Assembly (NCBI GenBank): GCA_035545015.1
Contig: DASZZD010000060.1
Span: 85 to 64,084, forward strand
Length of the DNA: 64,000 nucleotides
Direction: 5' to 3'
DNA from: Phycisphaerae bacterium
Lineage (GTDB): Bacteria > Planctomycetota > Phycisphaerae > WQYP01
Shown: positions 24,947 to 35,229 of the stretch, piece by piece
How positions within the stretch are numbered: position 1 is the first letter of the stretch
Layout of the letters: each line of letters starts with the position of its first letter
The notes under the pieces: generated by a model
Databases searched by the model: none
What the model saw: only the letters and a program-made list of their open reading frames with translations
Told to the model about the DNA's origin: nothing
Translations under genes and position numbers: made by a program

Positions 24947-25261
24947 CCTTTTACAGTGCGGCGGGGGGGAGGTTCCCGAGTTTTTCCCTAACGCCGGGCG
25001 GCGGCGCGTGCGCCAGCCTTGTGGTGCGAAACTGGGGAATCTGCGGGGTTTCGTCTTTGCGGGAAGGAATGCGGTCGAGCGTGCGCGGTGCGGGGGGCAG
25101 CCCCTTCTCGGCCGTACAGGGGCCAGTTGGTCCGATTTCGTATCTATTTTCGCGTGAGTTTGCGCCGATAGAAATGGCAGACGGGCGTTGGACTTCCCCT
25201 CTTCCCAACGCTAGATTTCTGTCAAGGAGAGAAGGTTATAGGGGTTTTTAAAGGATCTCTT

Positions 25262-25498
25262 ATGATCGCTGACACGGCCAAGAAGGCCGATACCACCAAC
25301 AGCCCGGCGACTTCGGCGGAAGCGAGAATACATTGGGCGGCGGCGCCGACGGGGGCCAACCCGGAACTCGAAGCACGCTTTGAAGCGATGCGCGCCCGCA
25401 ACTGGATCACCGACCGCATGGTCGAGCAATACCAGAAGCACTGGCACTGCTCCCGCGAACAGGCGCTTGAACGCCTGCTGCCAAAAGCCGGCGAATAA
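25262..25498 (+). CDS. small hypothetical protein
   Basis: 78-aa ORF. GGAGAGAAGG lies ~25 nt upstream, too far to count as a Shine-Dalgarno site. Helical-looking C-terminus (ELEARFEAMRARNWITDRMVEQYQKHWHCSREQALERLL). Confidence 0.45.
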   Translation: MIADTAKKADTTNSPATSAEARIHWAAAPTGANPELEARFEAMRARNWITDRMVEQYQKHWHCSREQALERLLPKAGE

Positions 25499-25608
25499 TT
25501 CTCGCCGGTAAATAGCTGCGCTCCGGGAATATGCACGCGGCGCTGACCCCGCGCCTTGATCCCAAGCCCTCCTGGTGTCCGCTCCGGCCATAGCCGACTG
25601 CCTCCTCC

Positions 25609-26247
25609 TCATTCCGGTTTTCGCGCCGCGGCCGCATGAAACGTCCGGCCCTCCGTGATGTACTTCCTTTCAAAATTCGTTCCCACAATCGACCCCGCCG
25701 GGGCGTTCGCTTTCAGCGGCGCCGGCGAGTCGAATTCGACCACGTCCAGGTACGTCTGTTCCTTGAGCACCTGCTGCATGTGCGCAAAGTAATCCGCGTG
25801 GTCGGTCACGAGGCGCAGCTTGCCGCCGGGGACGAGGATGCGATGCACTTCCTTGATGAAGGGCACCTGCACGAGCCGCCGCTTGTGATGGCGCGCTTTG
25901 GGCCAGGGATCGGGAAAGTAGACATGGACGGCGGCGATGGAGCTATCGGGAATGTGGCAGCGCACCCACCACGAAGCCTCGGCATGCACCATGCGCGCGT
26001 TGCGCGTGTCGTGGCGGCGCAGGCGATCCGCGGCGAACTCGGCATAGGCCCTGGCATACTCGATGCCGATGTAATTGTGCTCGGGCTTGGACTCCGCTAT
26101 CGCGAGGAGGAACGTTCCCTTTCCCGATCCGATCTCCAGCTCCACCGGATGTTCGTTGCCGAAGATCGTTTGCCAGGAGAGCTTCCCGGCTTCATCGGGC
26201 GCATCAAGGAGAAATTCAGCGGGTTGCAGGTTGGGGCGAAGGGCCAT
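25609..26247 (-). CDS. trmB: tRNA (guanine-N7)-methyltransferase
   Basis: ELEIGSGKGTFLLAIA (SAM motif), VYFPDPWPKARHHKRRL, TDHADYF, TNFERKY. Start set at ATG 26245-26247 (MALRPNLQP). Confidence 0.9.
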   Translation of the reverse strand: MALRPNLQPAEFLLDAPDEAGKLSWQTIFGNEHPVELEIGSGKGTFLLAIAESKPEHNYIGIEYARAYAEFAADRLRRHDTRNARMVHAEASWWVRCHIPDSSIAAVHVYFPDPWPKARHHKRRLVQVPFIKEVHRILVPGGKLRLVTDHADYFAHMQQVLKEQTYLDVVEFDSPAPLKANAPAGSIVGTNFERKYITEGRTFHAAAARKPE

Positions 26248-26423
26248 GAAAGATCCTGGGCGATATGACGGGGATATGCGCACGGCGTGCGGGAGGGCCG
26301 CAGGATATGTCAAATGCCGGCGTTTCGCCACGCGGGCGGTGCGATGGCTGGGATCGTCTGGCTCACAAGCACTCCTTCCGTTTGGCAGGCGTTCCTGTGA
26401 CGGGAGCATAGCGATACGCAAGA

Positions 26424-27881
26424 TCAGGGGTTTGATACTGCCACGACATGCGGCGCGACCCGCTCGAGGATGGCGGGAAGGTCGTAAAAAAACAGAGTGT
26501 GGTTTTCGACATCGACGACGATTTGGTTGTTGGCGAGGAGCCCGAGGCCGTAACACTGACCGCCGGACCCCGGCGTATCGAGGATTACTTCCTGCCGTCC
26601 TGTGGTGGTGTTCCAGAGGAAAAGACCGTCGCCTCCGGCGAGGAGGTGGCAACTGTCCGGGGACCAGAGGAGGGTATCGAGGTGCTCGAAGGAGCCAATG
26701 TCACCGGCGCGGAGCTGGTGAAGCGGAGCACCATCCGTGGTGCGGAAGAGCAGGAGATCCAAGCCTCGTCCTTCCGCAGTGTTCTCGCGGGGCAAATAGG
26801 CAAGCGCGAGAATTCGCCCATCGGGGGAAAACGCGTCGATCCAGCGGTGTGTGCCGGCGTAGAGGGGAGCGATTATCTTGTGGGTGTGAAGGTTCCAGAG
26901 TGAGAGGTTGCGGTCTTTCGTCTGGATTACTGCGAAGGATCCGTTGGGAGAGGGATGGAAGGCCACGGCGCCGGGAGGAACAAGATCCGGGAGTGGAAGG
27001 CCGGCAAAGGTATGCGCGTCGAAGGCAGCCAGATGATCGTCGCCCCAGCGAAGCAGCAGGTGCTGGCCGTCGGGGGTGAAAATCGGGTCGTAGTAGTAAT
27101 AACCGACGTTGTCGCCGGCGGACGGGCGAGCGAAAGTGAAGAGGGGCTCCCAGGAGGAGGTATTGAAGACGGTGCAGGGAGATTCTCCGGCGACAAGTTG
27201 GGAACCGTTGGGGCTGAAAGCGATTTCATTGCGCAGTCCCGACAGGCGATGCCGATCGATCAGGCGGTGAGTGGCGGCATCCCAGACAGCGATTGGTTGG
27301 GCATTGGCAACCGTAGCGAAGTGCTTGCGATCGGGCGAGACGGCCAGGCCGCCTTCGACCTCGTCGTCGCCGGCGGGAATGGAAGATGCGGGTGCGATCG
27401 TGGGAATGAACGAACCCATTCCTGAGCCGGATTCGCGCAAGACATCCAAAACGGGCTGGGGCAGATTCTGGCGATCATAGACGCGGGAAAACGAGCGGCC
27501 GTTCCACTGGAACTGCAGCAGGAGCCTGTGGGCAGGCGGAGGGAGCCGCTGGTGATCGTCTGGAAGCGTCGCGAAGAGCAGTTGGAGGAGCGGGATTTCA
27601 AAGGGAAGGAAGCGTTTGGCGGCATCGCCGCCGCGATGGCCAAAGGAATTGGAAGACTCCCATGATGTACGGCCGTCGGCGCTGACAGTGTAGCTTGCAT
27701 GGTAGTCGGTATCGCCGTGGGGTGGAGGATCGTCGACGGGAGTAATGATGAGAATGGCGAGCGGGTCGGCGCTTGCGGCGTGGGTTGCCACCCAATGTGT
27801 GTAAGTTTCAGGTGGAGGCGTGGCGCCGGTGGCGGCAAGGGCAAACAGCGGGAGAAAAGCGATGCAATGGAAGCGCGACAT
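26424..27881 (-). CDS. secreted beta-propeller (WD40/PQQ-like repeat) protein
   Basis: 485 aa. Signal peptide MSRFHCIAFLPLFALAATGA. Repeated FSP(D/N)G..L.. strands (AFSPNGSQLVAG, FTPDGQHLLL, FHPSPNGSFAV, AFSPDGRILALA, LWSPDSCHLLAG). Confidence 0.7.
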   Translation of the reverse strand: MSRFHCIAFLPLFALAATGATPPPETYTHWVATHAASADPLAILIITPVDDPPPHGDTDYHASYTVSADGRTSWESSNSFGHRGGDAAKRFLPFEIPLLQLLFATLPDDHQRLPPPAHRLLLQFQWNGRSFSRVYDRQNLPQPVLDVLRESGSGMGSFIPTIAPASSIPAGDDEVEGGLAVSPDRKHFATVANAQPIAVWDAATHRLIDRHRLSGLRNEIAFSPNGSQLVAGESPCTVFNTSSWEPLFTFARPSAGDNVGYYYYDPIFTPDGQHLLLRWGDDHLAAFDAHTFAGLPLPDLVPPGAVAFHPSPNGSFAVIQTKDRNLSLWNLHTHKIIAPLYAGTHRWIDAFSPDGRILALAYLPRENTAEGRGLDLLLFRTTDGAPLHQLRAGDIGSFEHLDTLLWSPDSCHLLAGGDGLFLWNTTTGRQEVILDTPGSGGQCYGLGLLANNQIVVDVENHTLFFYDLPAILERVAPHVVAVSNP

Positions 27882-28089
27882 CTAAACCCTCCCAGCAGTC
27901 TCCCCGCCACCCTCCAGCAGTATACCGCTTGCCCTGACCGGTCTGGGGCCTCTTTCAAATGCGGGGTCCTGAGCGGACGCGGGATGGAACACCGGGCGGC
28001 CTTTTCACGACATTTTTCTGCCCGTCACTGAAGTTGCTGGGAGCACTGCGAAAAATGATCCAGCTCCGCGCCGCGCCGGCGTGCCACCG

Positions 28090-28098
28090 TGTTATACT
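28090..28098 (+). promoter_or_regulatory. candidate extended -10 (TGTTATACT) upstream of uvrD
   Basis: TG-T-TATACT at 28090-28098, 35 nt before ATG 28133. No clear -35. Confidence 0.3.
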
Positions 28099-28132
28099 CG
28101 CTGGTCTGTCGCACACCCACCACGGATCCGTC

Positions 28133-30691
28133 ATGAACGCCTGGAACTCTTCCGCTTCCTCGTCCGCCGCATCGCCCGAACGTGCTCTGGAAGGACTCAC
28201 TCCGCCGCAGCGCGAGGCCGCTTCGTGGATTGATGGACCGCTGCTGGTGCTGGCCGGGGCGGGCTCGGGAAAGACGCGCACCATCACGCGGCGGATCGCT
28301 TACATGGTTGCCTGCGGGATTCCGGCGTGGAACATTCTGGCCATCACGTTCACGAATAAAGCCGCCGGGGAAATGCGGGAACGGGTGAATCATCTGCTCA
28401 GGGAGATGGGCACCGGGATGCGCACGGAGCGGGCGTGGGGTCCGCAGGGTCGGGGCGTAACGGTGGCCACGTTTCATGCGCTGTGTGCGCGTCTGCTGCG
28501 CGAATTCGCCGAGGCGGCGGGACTCTCGAAGACGTTCACGATTTTCGACACCAGCGACCAGGGCAAGGCCGTCAAGCAGGCGATCAAGGATGTGAACATC
28601 TCGCCGGAGAATTTCCAGCCCGCCGCCGTGCTCAACGCAATCAGCAACGCGAAGAACAAGCTGCAATCCGCGGCCGCCTATACGAAACAGGCGGGCGCGT
28701 TTTTCGAGAAAAACGTCGCGCGCGCCTACACCCGCTACGAGCAGATTCTCACGGAGAACAAGGCTGTCGATTTCGACGACCTGCTGCTCAAAATGGCGAT
28801 TCTCCTGCGCGACAACGCCGACGTGCGCACGCAGCTCCAGGAGCGCTATCAGTACATCCTCATCGACGAATACCAGGACACCAACCACGCCCAGTTCATG
28901 CTCGCCCACATGCTCGCCATGGGGCACAAGAACATCTGCGCCACCGGCGATCCCGACCAATCCATCTACGGCTGGCGCGGCGCGAATCTCAACAACATCC
29001 TGGAATTCGAGCAGTTTTATCCCAACGCCAAGGTTGTGCTGCTCGAACAGAATTACCGCAGCACGAAGGTGATTCTCCAGGCCGCCAGCGCGCTGATTTC
29101 CAAAAATACGAAGCGCAAGAAGAAGGACCTCTGGACCGAGAACGAAAGCGGTCCGAAGATTCAGGTTCTGTCCTGCAACGATGAGCACCAGGAGGCTTCG
29201 GAGATCGTGCGCCGCCTGAAGGAGCAGCACGACAGGAACGGTCTTGCCTGGGAAAAAATGGCCGTTTTTTACCGGGTGAACTCGCTCTCGCGCGTGCTCG
29301 AAGACGCGCTGATGAAGCAGGCCGTGCCTTATCAGATCGCCCGCGGCACGGAATTTTACGCGCGCAAGGAAGTGAAGGACGTGCTGGCGTATCTGCGGGT
29401 GATCGCCAATCCCGGGGACAGCGTGTCGCTGGAGCGCATCATCAACGTGCCGACGCGCGGTCTTGGCGACACCAGCCTGCTGAAAATCCAGGCCTTCGCC
29501 TCGCAGCAGCGTCTGACGCTTCTGGAGGCGTGCGCCCGCGCCGATGAAGTGCCGGATCTTGCCACGCGCGCCGTCAACTCCGCCAAAAAGGTGGCCGGCC
29601 TGTTCGATGCGTGGCAGCGCTTCGTCGCCGGCCAGTCGCCGCTCGATGCGGCCGAAAAATCGAACTCCGGCGAACAGTCCGGTGCCGCCGGCGATCCGCT
29701 TTTTGATCCCTCGCTCCTGGAAGCCGCGCAGGAAGAACTCGCCGAATCGGCCGCCGAGGGAGGCGCCGAACGTCCCGTTTTTCTCATTCCCGGCGGCATC
29801 CGGGGCCTCATGGAAAAGGTCGTCCGCGAGTCGGGCCTCGAAGCGGATGTCAAAAAATCCGACTCCGATGAAGGCGCCGCCGACACCGGCAACGCGCGCT
29901 CGGCGAACGTCGCCGAACTCATCTCCGTCGCCGCCGAATTCGATGTGCAGAATCCCGAAGGCACCCTGCAGGATTACCTCGAGCAAGTCACGCTGGTTTC
30001 CGATGCCGACAAGCTCAAAGAGGCGGGCGGCAAAGGCGAGGGGGCGGTGACGCTGATGACGCTTCACGCGGCCAAGGGTCTGGAGTTTCCCTTTGTTGCG
30101 ATGGTGGGCGTGGAAGATGGCCTGATCCCGCACGCCCGGGCCGTCGGTTTCGCCGCCAATCCCGACGAGATGGAAGAAGAGCGCCGCCTCGCCTTCGTCG
30201 GGATCACGCGCGCGATGAAGCAGCTCGTGCTCTCCCACGCCCGCTACCGGATGATCCGCGGCCAGACCGAACGCACCGTCGAAAGCCAGTTCCTCAACGA
30301 GATGCCCGCCGAATGCTTCGAGGAAATCGATCTCACGGGCGACGATGAAGGCGTCGGCAGCCTCGGATACCGCGATGAGGCGTCCTATGCTCGCCGCGCG
30401 CAGCAGCAACGCGGCGCGGGCGGGGCTGGTTCCGGCTTTGGCGGCTATGGAGGCGGGAGCGGTGGAGGAGCACGGCGCGAAGCCGAAGCCGCCAGCCAGC
30501 GCCGCCAAGCGGACGCCGTCGCCGGGGAATTCCGCAAAGGCGTTCTCGTGCGCCACCCGCAGTTTGGCCTGGGGCGCATCGAATCCATCGAGCCCTCCGG
30601 CGCCACCACCAAGGCCGTCGTGCACTTCCAGGGCTCGGGCAAGAAAACGCTCATCCTGCAATATGCGCGGCTGGAAAAGGTCGACGCCTGA
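28133..30691 (+). CDS. uvrD: ATP-dependent DNA helicase, UvrD/PcrA family
   Basis: LAGAGSGKTRT (Walker A), TFTNKAAGEM, IDEYQDTN, GDPDQSIYGWRGA, NYRS, TLHAAKGLEF, VGITRA. Gly-rich linker and Tudor-like tail (VRHPQFGLGRIESIE). Start set at ATG 28133. Confidence 0.92.
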   Translation: MNAWNSSASSSAASPERALEGLTPPQREAASWIDGPLLVLAGAGSGKTRTITRRIAYMVACGIPAWNILAITFTNKAAGEMRERVNHLLREMGTGMRTERAWGPQGRGVTVATFHALCARLLREFAEAAGLSKTFTIFDTSDQGKAVKQAIKDVNISPENFQPAAVLNAISNAKNKLQSAAAYTKQAGAFFEKNVARAYTRYEQILTENKAVDFDDLLLKMAILLRDNADVRTQLQERYQYILIDEYQDTNHAQFMLAHMLAMGHKNICATGDPDQSIYGWRGANLNNILEFEQFYPNAKVVLLEQNYRSTKVILQAASALISKNTKRKKKDLWTENESGPKIQVLSCNDEHQEASEIVRRLKEQHDRNGLAWEKMAVFYRVNSLSRVLEDALMKQAVPYQIARGTEFYARKEVKDVLAYLRVIANPGDSVSLERIINVPTRGLGDTSLLKIQAFASQQRLTLLEACARADEVPDLATRAVNSAKKVAGLFDAWQRFVAGQSPLDAAEKSNSGEQSGAAGDPLFDPSLLEAAQEELAESAAEGGAERPVFLIPGGIRGLMEKVVRESGLEADVKKSDSDEGAADTGNARSANVAELISVAAEFDVQNPEGTLQDYLEQVTLVSDADKLKEAGGKGEGAVTLMTLHAAKGLEFPFVAMVGVEDGLIPHARAVGFAANPDEMEEERRLAFVGITRAMKQLVLSHARYRMIRGQTERTVESQFLNEMPAECFEEIDLTGDDEGVGSLGYRDEASYARRAQQQRGAGGAGSGFGGYGGGSGGGARREAEAASQRRQADAVAGEFRKGVLVRHPQFGLGRIESIEPSGATTKAVVHFQGSGKKTLILQYARLEKVDA

Positions 30692-30811
30692 CGCCCGGTG
30701 TGAACAGCGCTAACCCTCACGCGATCGCGCAGCGTTGGCCGCCTCCCGCCGGATTTCTGTGGACGCCCGAGCGCCCCGGGTTACACTTGCGGCACCTTTT
30801 CATGCGAAAGG

Positions 30812-31363
30812 ATGCCGATGTCTCAATTGCCTGGCGCCTCCGGTCCCACCACCTACGTCCAGCCGCGATCCAACGGCCTCGCCATCGCCGGCTTCGTCAC
30901 CTCGCTCGTGGGCATTGTCACCTGCGGACTTCTGTGTCCGATCGGCCTGATCCTCTCGTTCATCGCGCTCTTTCGCCGCCCACGCGGTTTCGCCGTCGCC
31001 GGATTCATCATCGGCATCGTTGGCACCCTCATCCCGCTGGTCATCTTCCTGATCTGGGGCGCGGCTGTGTTTGCCATATTCGGCCTTGCCGTCGCCGCGA
31101 GCGGCGGTCTGCAGACCCTTCAATCCATGACCACCGCCGAAACTCGCATCCACACCGCTTACGCCGAGCACACGTCCCTCCCGACTGACGACGACGGCGA
31201 TGCCCTCATCGACGATCTGCCCGATCAATGGCATCACACCTTGCGCTACCACCGCCTCAGCCCCACCCGCTACGAGCTTCGCAGCGCCGGCGCCGACGGC
31301 ACCTTCGATACCCCCGATGACATCACCAAAACCTTCACAGGCACCGACACCGGCAGCGAATAA
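30812..31363 (+). CDS. DUF4190-like membrane protein with GspG-like C-terminal motif
   Basis: 183 aa. Helices LAIAGFVTSLVGIVTCGLLCPIGLILSFIAL and FAVAGFIIGIVGTLIPLVIFLIWG. C-terminus YELRSAGADGTFDTPDDI resembles the pseudopilin G tail. Confidence 0.6.
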   Translation: MPMSQLPGASGPTTYVQPRSNGLAIAGFVTSLVGIVTCGLLCPIGLILSFIALFRRPRGFAVAGFIIGIVGTLIPLVIFLIWGAAVFAIFGLAVAASGGLQTLQSMTTAETRIHTAYAEHTSLPTDDDGDALIDDLPDQWHHTLRYHRLSPTRYELRSAGADGTFDTPDDITKTFTGTDTGSE

Positions 31364-31375
31364 CGGGCGGTCGCC

Positions 31376-33339
31376 TCACTCGACCTTCGGCGAAAACGCC
31401 TCCGCGAACACCTCCAGCATCAACAGCGCAAAGAGCCGATGCGTGTGATCGCGGTTCGCCGACTCATGCTCCGCCAGCAACTGCTCCACCGCCGGCGCCC
31501 GCAAATGGGTCCGCACGAACGATCCCGCCCCCAGCAACCGCTCCCGCAACGGCTCGCGCAACTTCCCCCGAAACCACGCTCCCACCGGCACCGCAAATCC
31601 CTTCTTTCCCCGCCCGCGCACCTCCGCCGGCAGCTCCGCCGCAAACGCCTCCCGCAGAATCCGCTTGCCGCGCGCCCCCGCAAACAACGCCTCCTCCGGC
31701 AACCCGTTGGCAAATCCCACCACCCGATGATCCAGAAACGGCGAGCGCACCTCCAACGCCACCTGCATCGCCGCCGTGTCCACTTTCCACAGCACATCGC
31801 CCGGCAGATATTCCTGCTGATCCCGCACCCGCGCCAACTTTGCCGCCGGAACATCGTCCGCCAGCCCATATTCCTCCGGCAGCGGAAAATAATCCAACAC
31901 CGGCTCGCCCAGCAGTTCCTCGATCCCCCCCCCCCCCCGCCCCCGCCCCCGCCCTCCGGCGAAAAAATTTCCACCAGCCGCGTGTAGCGCTCGGACGCAA
32001 TTCCCGCCCGCGCCGCCGCCGCCAGCCGCCGGTACCGCTCCCGCTTCGCCAGCGATCCCAAGGGCATCGTCCGCGGCACAAAGCGCGATAGCGGCGACCA
32101 CCGCGCCAGCATGCGCATCGCCCGATAGCGGTCATATCCGCCGAACAATTCATCCGCCCCATCCCCCGAAAGCGCCACCGGCGCGATCGACCGCACCGCC
32201 TTGCTCAATTGATACGTCGGCAACAGCGACGAATCCGCAAACGGCTGGCCCAACCCCGCATGCATCAACGCCGCCAAGTCTCCCAGCACGTCCCCGTCCG
32301 CCGACACCTCCAGCCGCGTGTGCACGCTGCCGATTTTCCGCGCGACCTGCTCGGCGAATTCCGTTTCGTCAAAGCCCGCCTCCGCAAACCCCACCGATAC
32401 CGTGCGAATACTTTCGCCACCCCCGCGCCGCGCCGCCGCCTGCATCAACGCCGCCACGATCGACGAATCAATCCCCCCCGACAAAAAGCACGCCACCGGC
32501 ACATCCGATACCAGTTGAGATCGCACCGCCTCCTCCATCAACCCGTGCAGCTCTCCGCGCGCCCGCTCAACCTCCCGCTCCGCCGCTCGCTCCTCCGGCC
32601 GAACATCCCCCATCGGCGTCCAGTACCGCTTTCCATCCAGCACCTCCCCGCGCAGCCGCACCCATGCCCCCGGCAACACCTGATGCACATCCCGCCACAC
32701 CGTCTGCGGCGCCGGAAAATATCCCAGCAGCAAATACAAGCCGATCTGTTCCCGTGGCAACCTCCGCGGCACCTCCGGCCACGCCAGCACGCTCGGTATC
32801 GTGCTCCCAAACGCCACCCCATCTTCCAGGCTCGCATAAAACAGCGGCTTCTGCCCCATCCGATCGCGCGCCAGAAAAAGCGTGTCCACTTCGCGGCCGT
32901 TTTCCCCCCGCCGAAAATCCCACACCGCAAACGCAAACATCCCCAGCAATTTCCCCGGCAACTCCTCCCCCCATTCCTCCCACCCATGCACCAGCACCTC
33001 CGTGTCCGAATGATCCGTCGCGAACCGATGCCCCGCACGCATCAGCGCCGCGCGCAGCTCCGCGTGATTGTAAATCTCCCCGTTGAAGACCACCTGCACG
33101 CGGCCATCTTCGTTGCCCATCGGCTGCGCGCCGCACGGCAGATCAATTACTGCCAGCCGCCGATGCACCAGCGCCGCCACCTTCCCCGCACGCGGATCCA
33201 CAAATTCCCCCCGCCCGTCCGGCCCCCGGTGCGCCAGCGCTTCCGACATGCCCCGTATTCCTCCCGCCATCGCCGGATCTTTCCACGGATTGCCCGCCCC
33301 CGCCGCCGTCCATTTCACCACGCCCGCGATCCCGCACAT
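31376..33339 (-). pseudogene. asnB: asparagine synthase (glutamine-hydrolysing), reading frame broken in a 14-nt homopolymer
   Basis: ORF-track 31420..33339 carries MCGIAG (Ntn Cys) and SGGIDSS. ORF-track 31376..32101 carries the C-terminal LPGDVLWKVDTAAMQVALEVRSPFLDHRVV... The two frames meet at C14 (31925-31938; G14 on the coding strand). A run of 12 or 15 would keep the frame. Confidence 0.85.
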
Positions 33340-33348
33340 GAAAAAACC

Positions 33349-34590
33349 TCAGCCCGAGGCCCGATCGGCGTCCGAAGAATCCGCCCCGGCAAACCCCGCC
33401 CGCATTTCTCCATCCGCCACCCGCAACGTCACCGCCAATTTTCCCCCTACGAACGCCGCCAGCTTTTCCCCAAGACACTCCCGATGCCAACCGGTCATCA
33501 AAGCATGCTTCTCCAGCGGCTTTTTCCGATGCACCAGCCGCGCCAAACTCAACACCTCATTCTGACTCGTCACCAGCCCCGGCGCAATGCTCTGGCCCAG
33601 GCATATCCCCTGCGCCGCCACCCACAGCATCTCCCCGAGCCGCTTCACTTCCGCCGAATCCTCCCCCGGAATGTGAATGTGTGGCTGCTCATTCTCCGGC
33701 ACCGCCCGCCCACGCCGCACCGCATCCAGAAATGGCTCCGCGTACGTGTCCAATTGCTCCTGCGGCATCTCCCGCAGCCCGCGCAACGCCTTCTCATCCT
33801 TCGGCATCCGCGTCGCTATCTCCAGCAACGCCTCATCCTTCATCACCGACCGCGATGGCACATCATGCTCGTACGCGATCTGCTCCCGCAACGCCGTCGC
33901 CTCGCGCAGCACCGACAACTGCATCCCGCTCAACCCCGCCGCCCCGCGAATTTTCACGAACAGTTTCCGCGCCTGCACCGGCGCCGCCGAGGCCGCGCAC
34001 ATCTCGTTGCACGCCGCCCGCATCCAGTCCAGATGCCCCAGCTCCCCGATCCGCCGCTTCATCGCCTCATGCACCGCCGGCAAATAGCGCACGTCGTCGA
34101 TCGCATACTGAAACTGCGCCCTGGAAAGCGGCCGCCGGTCCCACGCCGAATACGTGTGCGCCTTCTCCAGCGTCACGCCCGTGAAATGCTCCACCGCCCG
34201 CCACAGCGCCGTCGGATAGGACAGCCCCATCATCCCCGCGCCGATCTGCGTATCGAACACGTTCTGCGCCACCCGCGCGCTGTGCTGCCACACGATCTCG
34301 ACATCCTGGTCTCCCGCGTGGCAAATCTTCTCGATCGCCGGATCGCCAATCAGCGCCCACAACGGCGACAGCGCCTCCTCCCGCAGCGCGAACGGATCGA
34401 TCAGCTCCACCCGCTTCGCCGTCGCCACCTGCACCAGGCACAGCACCGGCTGATACGTGTTCTCCCCAATGAACTCCGTATCGAACGCAAACCTCCCCGC
34501 CGCGCGAAGCTCATCACAAACCCCCGCCAGCTCCTCAGGTGTTTGAATCAGGTGCGTCGGAACAGCCGGTAAATCATCAGGTGCTTCCAT
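33349..34590 (-). CDS. rnd: ribonuclease D (DEDD 3'-5' exonuclease + HRDC)
   Basis: FAFDTEFIGENTYQPVLCLVQV, HAGDQDVEI, YAIDDVRYL and an HRDC-like region. Start set at ATG 34588-34590 (MEAPDDL). Confidence 0.85.
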   Translation of the reverse strand: MEAPDDLPAVPTHLIQTPEELAGVCDELRAAGRFAFDTEFIGENTYQPVLCLVQVATAKRVELIDPFALREEALSPLWALIGDPAIEKICHAGDQDVEIVWQHSARVAQNVFDTQIGAGMMGLSYPTALWRAVEHFTGVTLEKAHTYSAWDRRPLSRAQFQYAIDDVRYLPAVHEAMKRRIGELGHLDWMRAACNEMCAASAAPVQARKLFVKIRGAAGLSGMQLSVLREATALREQIAYEHDVPSRSVMKDEALLEIATRMPKDEKALRGLREMPQEQLDTYAEPFLDAVRRGRAVPENEQPHIHIPGEDSAEVKRLGEMLWVAAQGICLGQSIAPGLVTSQNEVLSLARLVHRKKPLEKHALMTGWHRECLGEKLAAFVGGKLAVTLRVADGEMRAGFAGADSSDADRASG

Positions 34591-34720
34591 GCGCCTATTG
34601 TGGGGCACCCCACCCAAAAACTCAAAATTCGGTTCATGCTCGCTGTTCTCGGCCGGGGGAGGAAGGGGGGATGGGCGCACCTCAATGCCGTTGATACCAT
34701 ATCTGCCGTGGAGGTGCCGC

Positions 34721-35182
34721 ATGAAATGGGAAGGACGCTGGAAATGGGTTGCCGCCGGGGCCGCCACGGCGGTGCTCATTGTCGTGGAACTGGCCAGCAC
34801 AGGCCCGGGCGCCACTCGCGCGACTGACCTCCTCCGCCGCATTGTGTACGTGAACGCCTATGCCCTCTGGATCGTCCTCGTTCTCTGGCGACCGCTCTGC
34901 TGGTTCATCGCCCATTGGACCTTCGGCTCCCGCAGTCCCTGGCGGCCGCGCGGAATCCTCTGGTGGACCACCGCCTTCTCCATCGCCACTTTCGCGACGC
35001 TCCTCGCCATCGCCGGCAACCACGGCCTGCGCGCCCTCCTCATCATCTTCGACGACGATGCCGCCGCGCTGGGCACCCTCATGACCGCCATCAGTGCCCT
35101 CATGCTTGTTCTCGCCGCCTGGCGCGAACACCGCGAACTTCGTGCCCAACCACTGCCCGCCTTCCCCCTCCAGGAATCATGA
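34721..35182 (+). CDS. hypothetical membrane protein
   Basis: Start set at ATG 34721 (MKWEGRWKWVAAGAATAVLIVV). Four hydrophobic helices. The ORF-track start at 34589 overlaps the rnd start region. Confidence 0.5.
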   Translation: MKWEGRWKWVAAGAATAVLIVVELASTGPGATRATDLLRRIVYVNAYALWIVLVLWRPLCWFIAHWTFGSRSPWRPRGILWWTTAFSIATFATLLAIAGNHGLRALLIIFDDDAAALGTLMTAISALMLVLAAWREHRELRAQPLPAFPLQES

Positions 35183-35229
35183 AGTACCTATATAAATTGT
35201 TAAATGTTACCGGTCCCAGCCACCCGCCG

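Noticed and set aside
24951-25208. An 85-codon - strand ORF in the 316-nt gap between 24590..24946 and 25262..25498.
   Set aside because: It has a Pro/Arg/Gly-rich low-complexity translation, no ribosome-binding site, and composition typical of non-coding DNA here.
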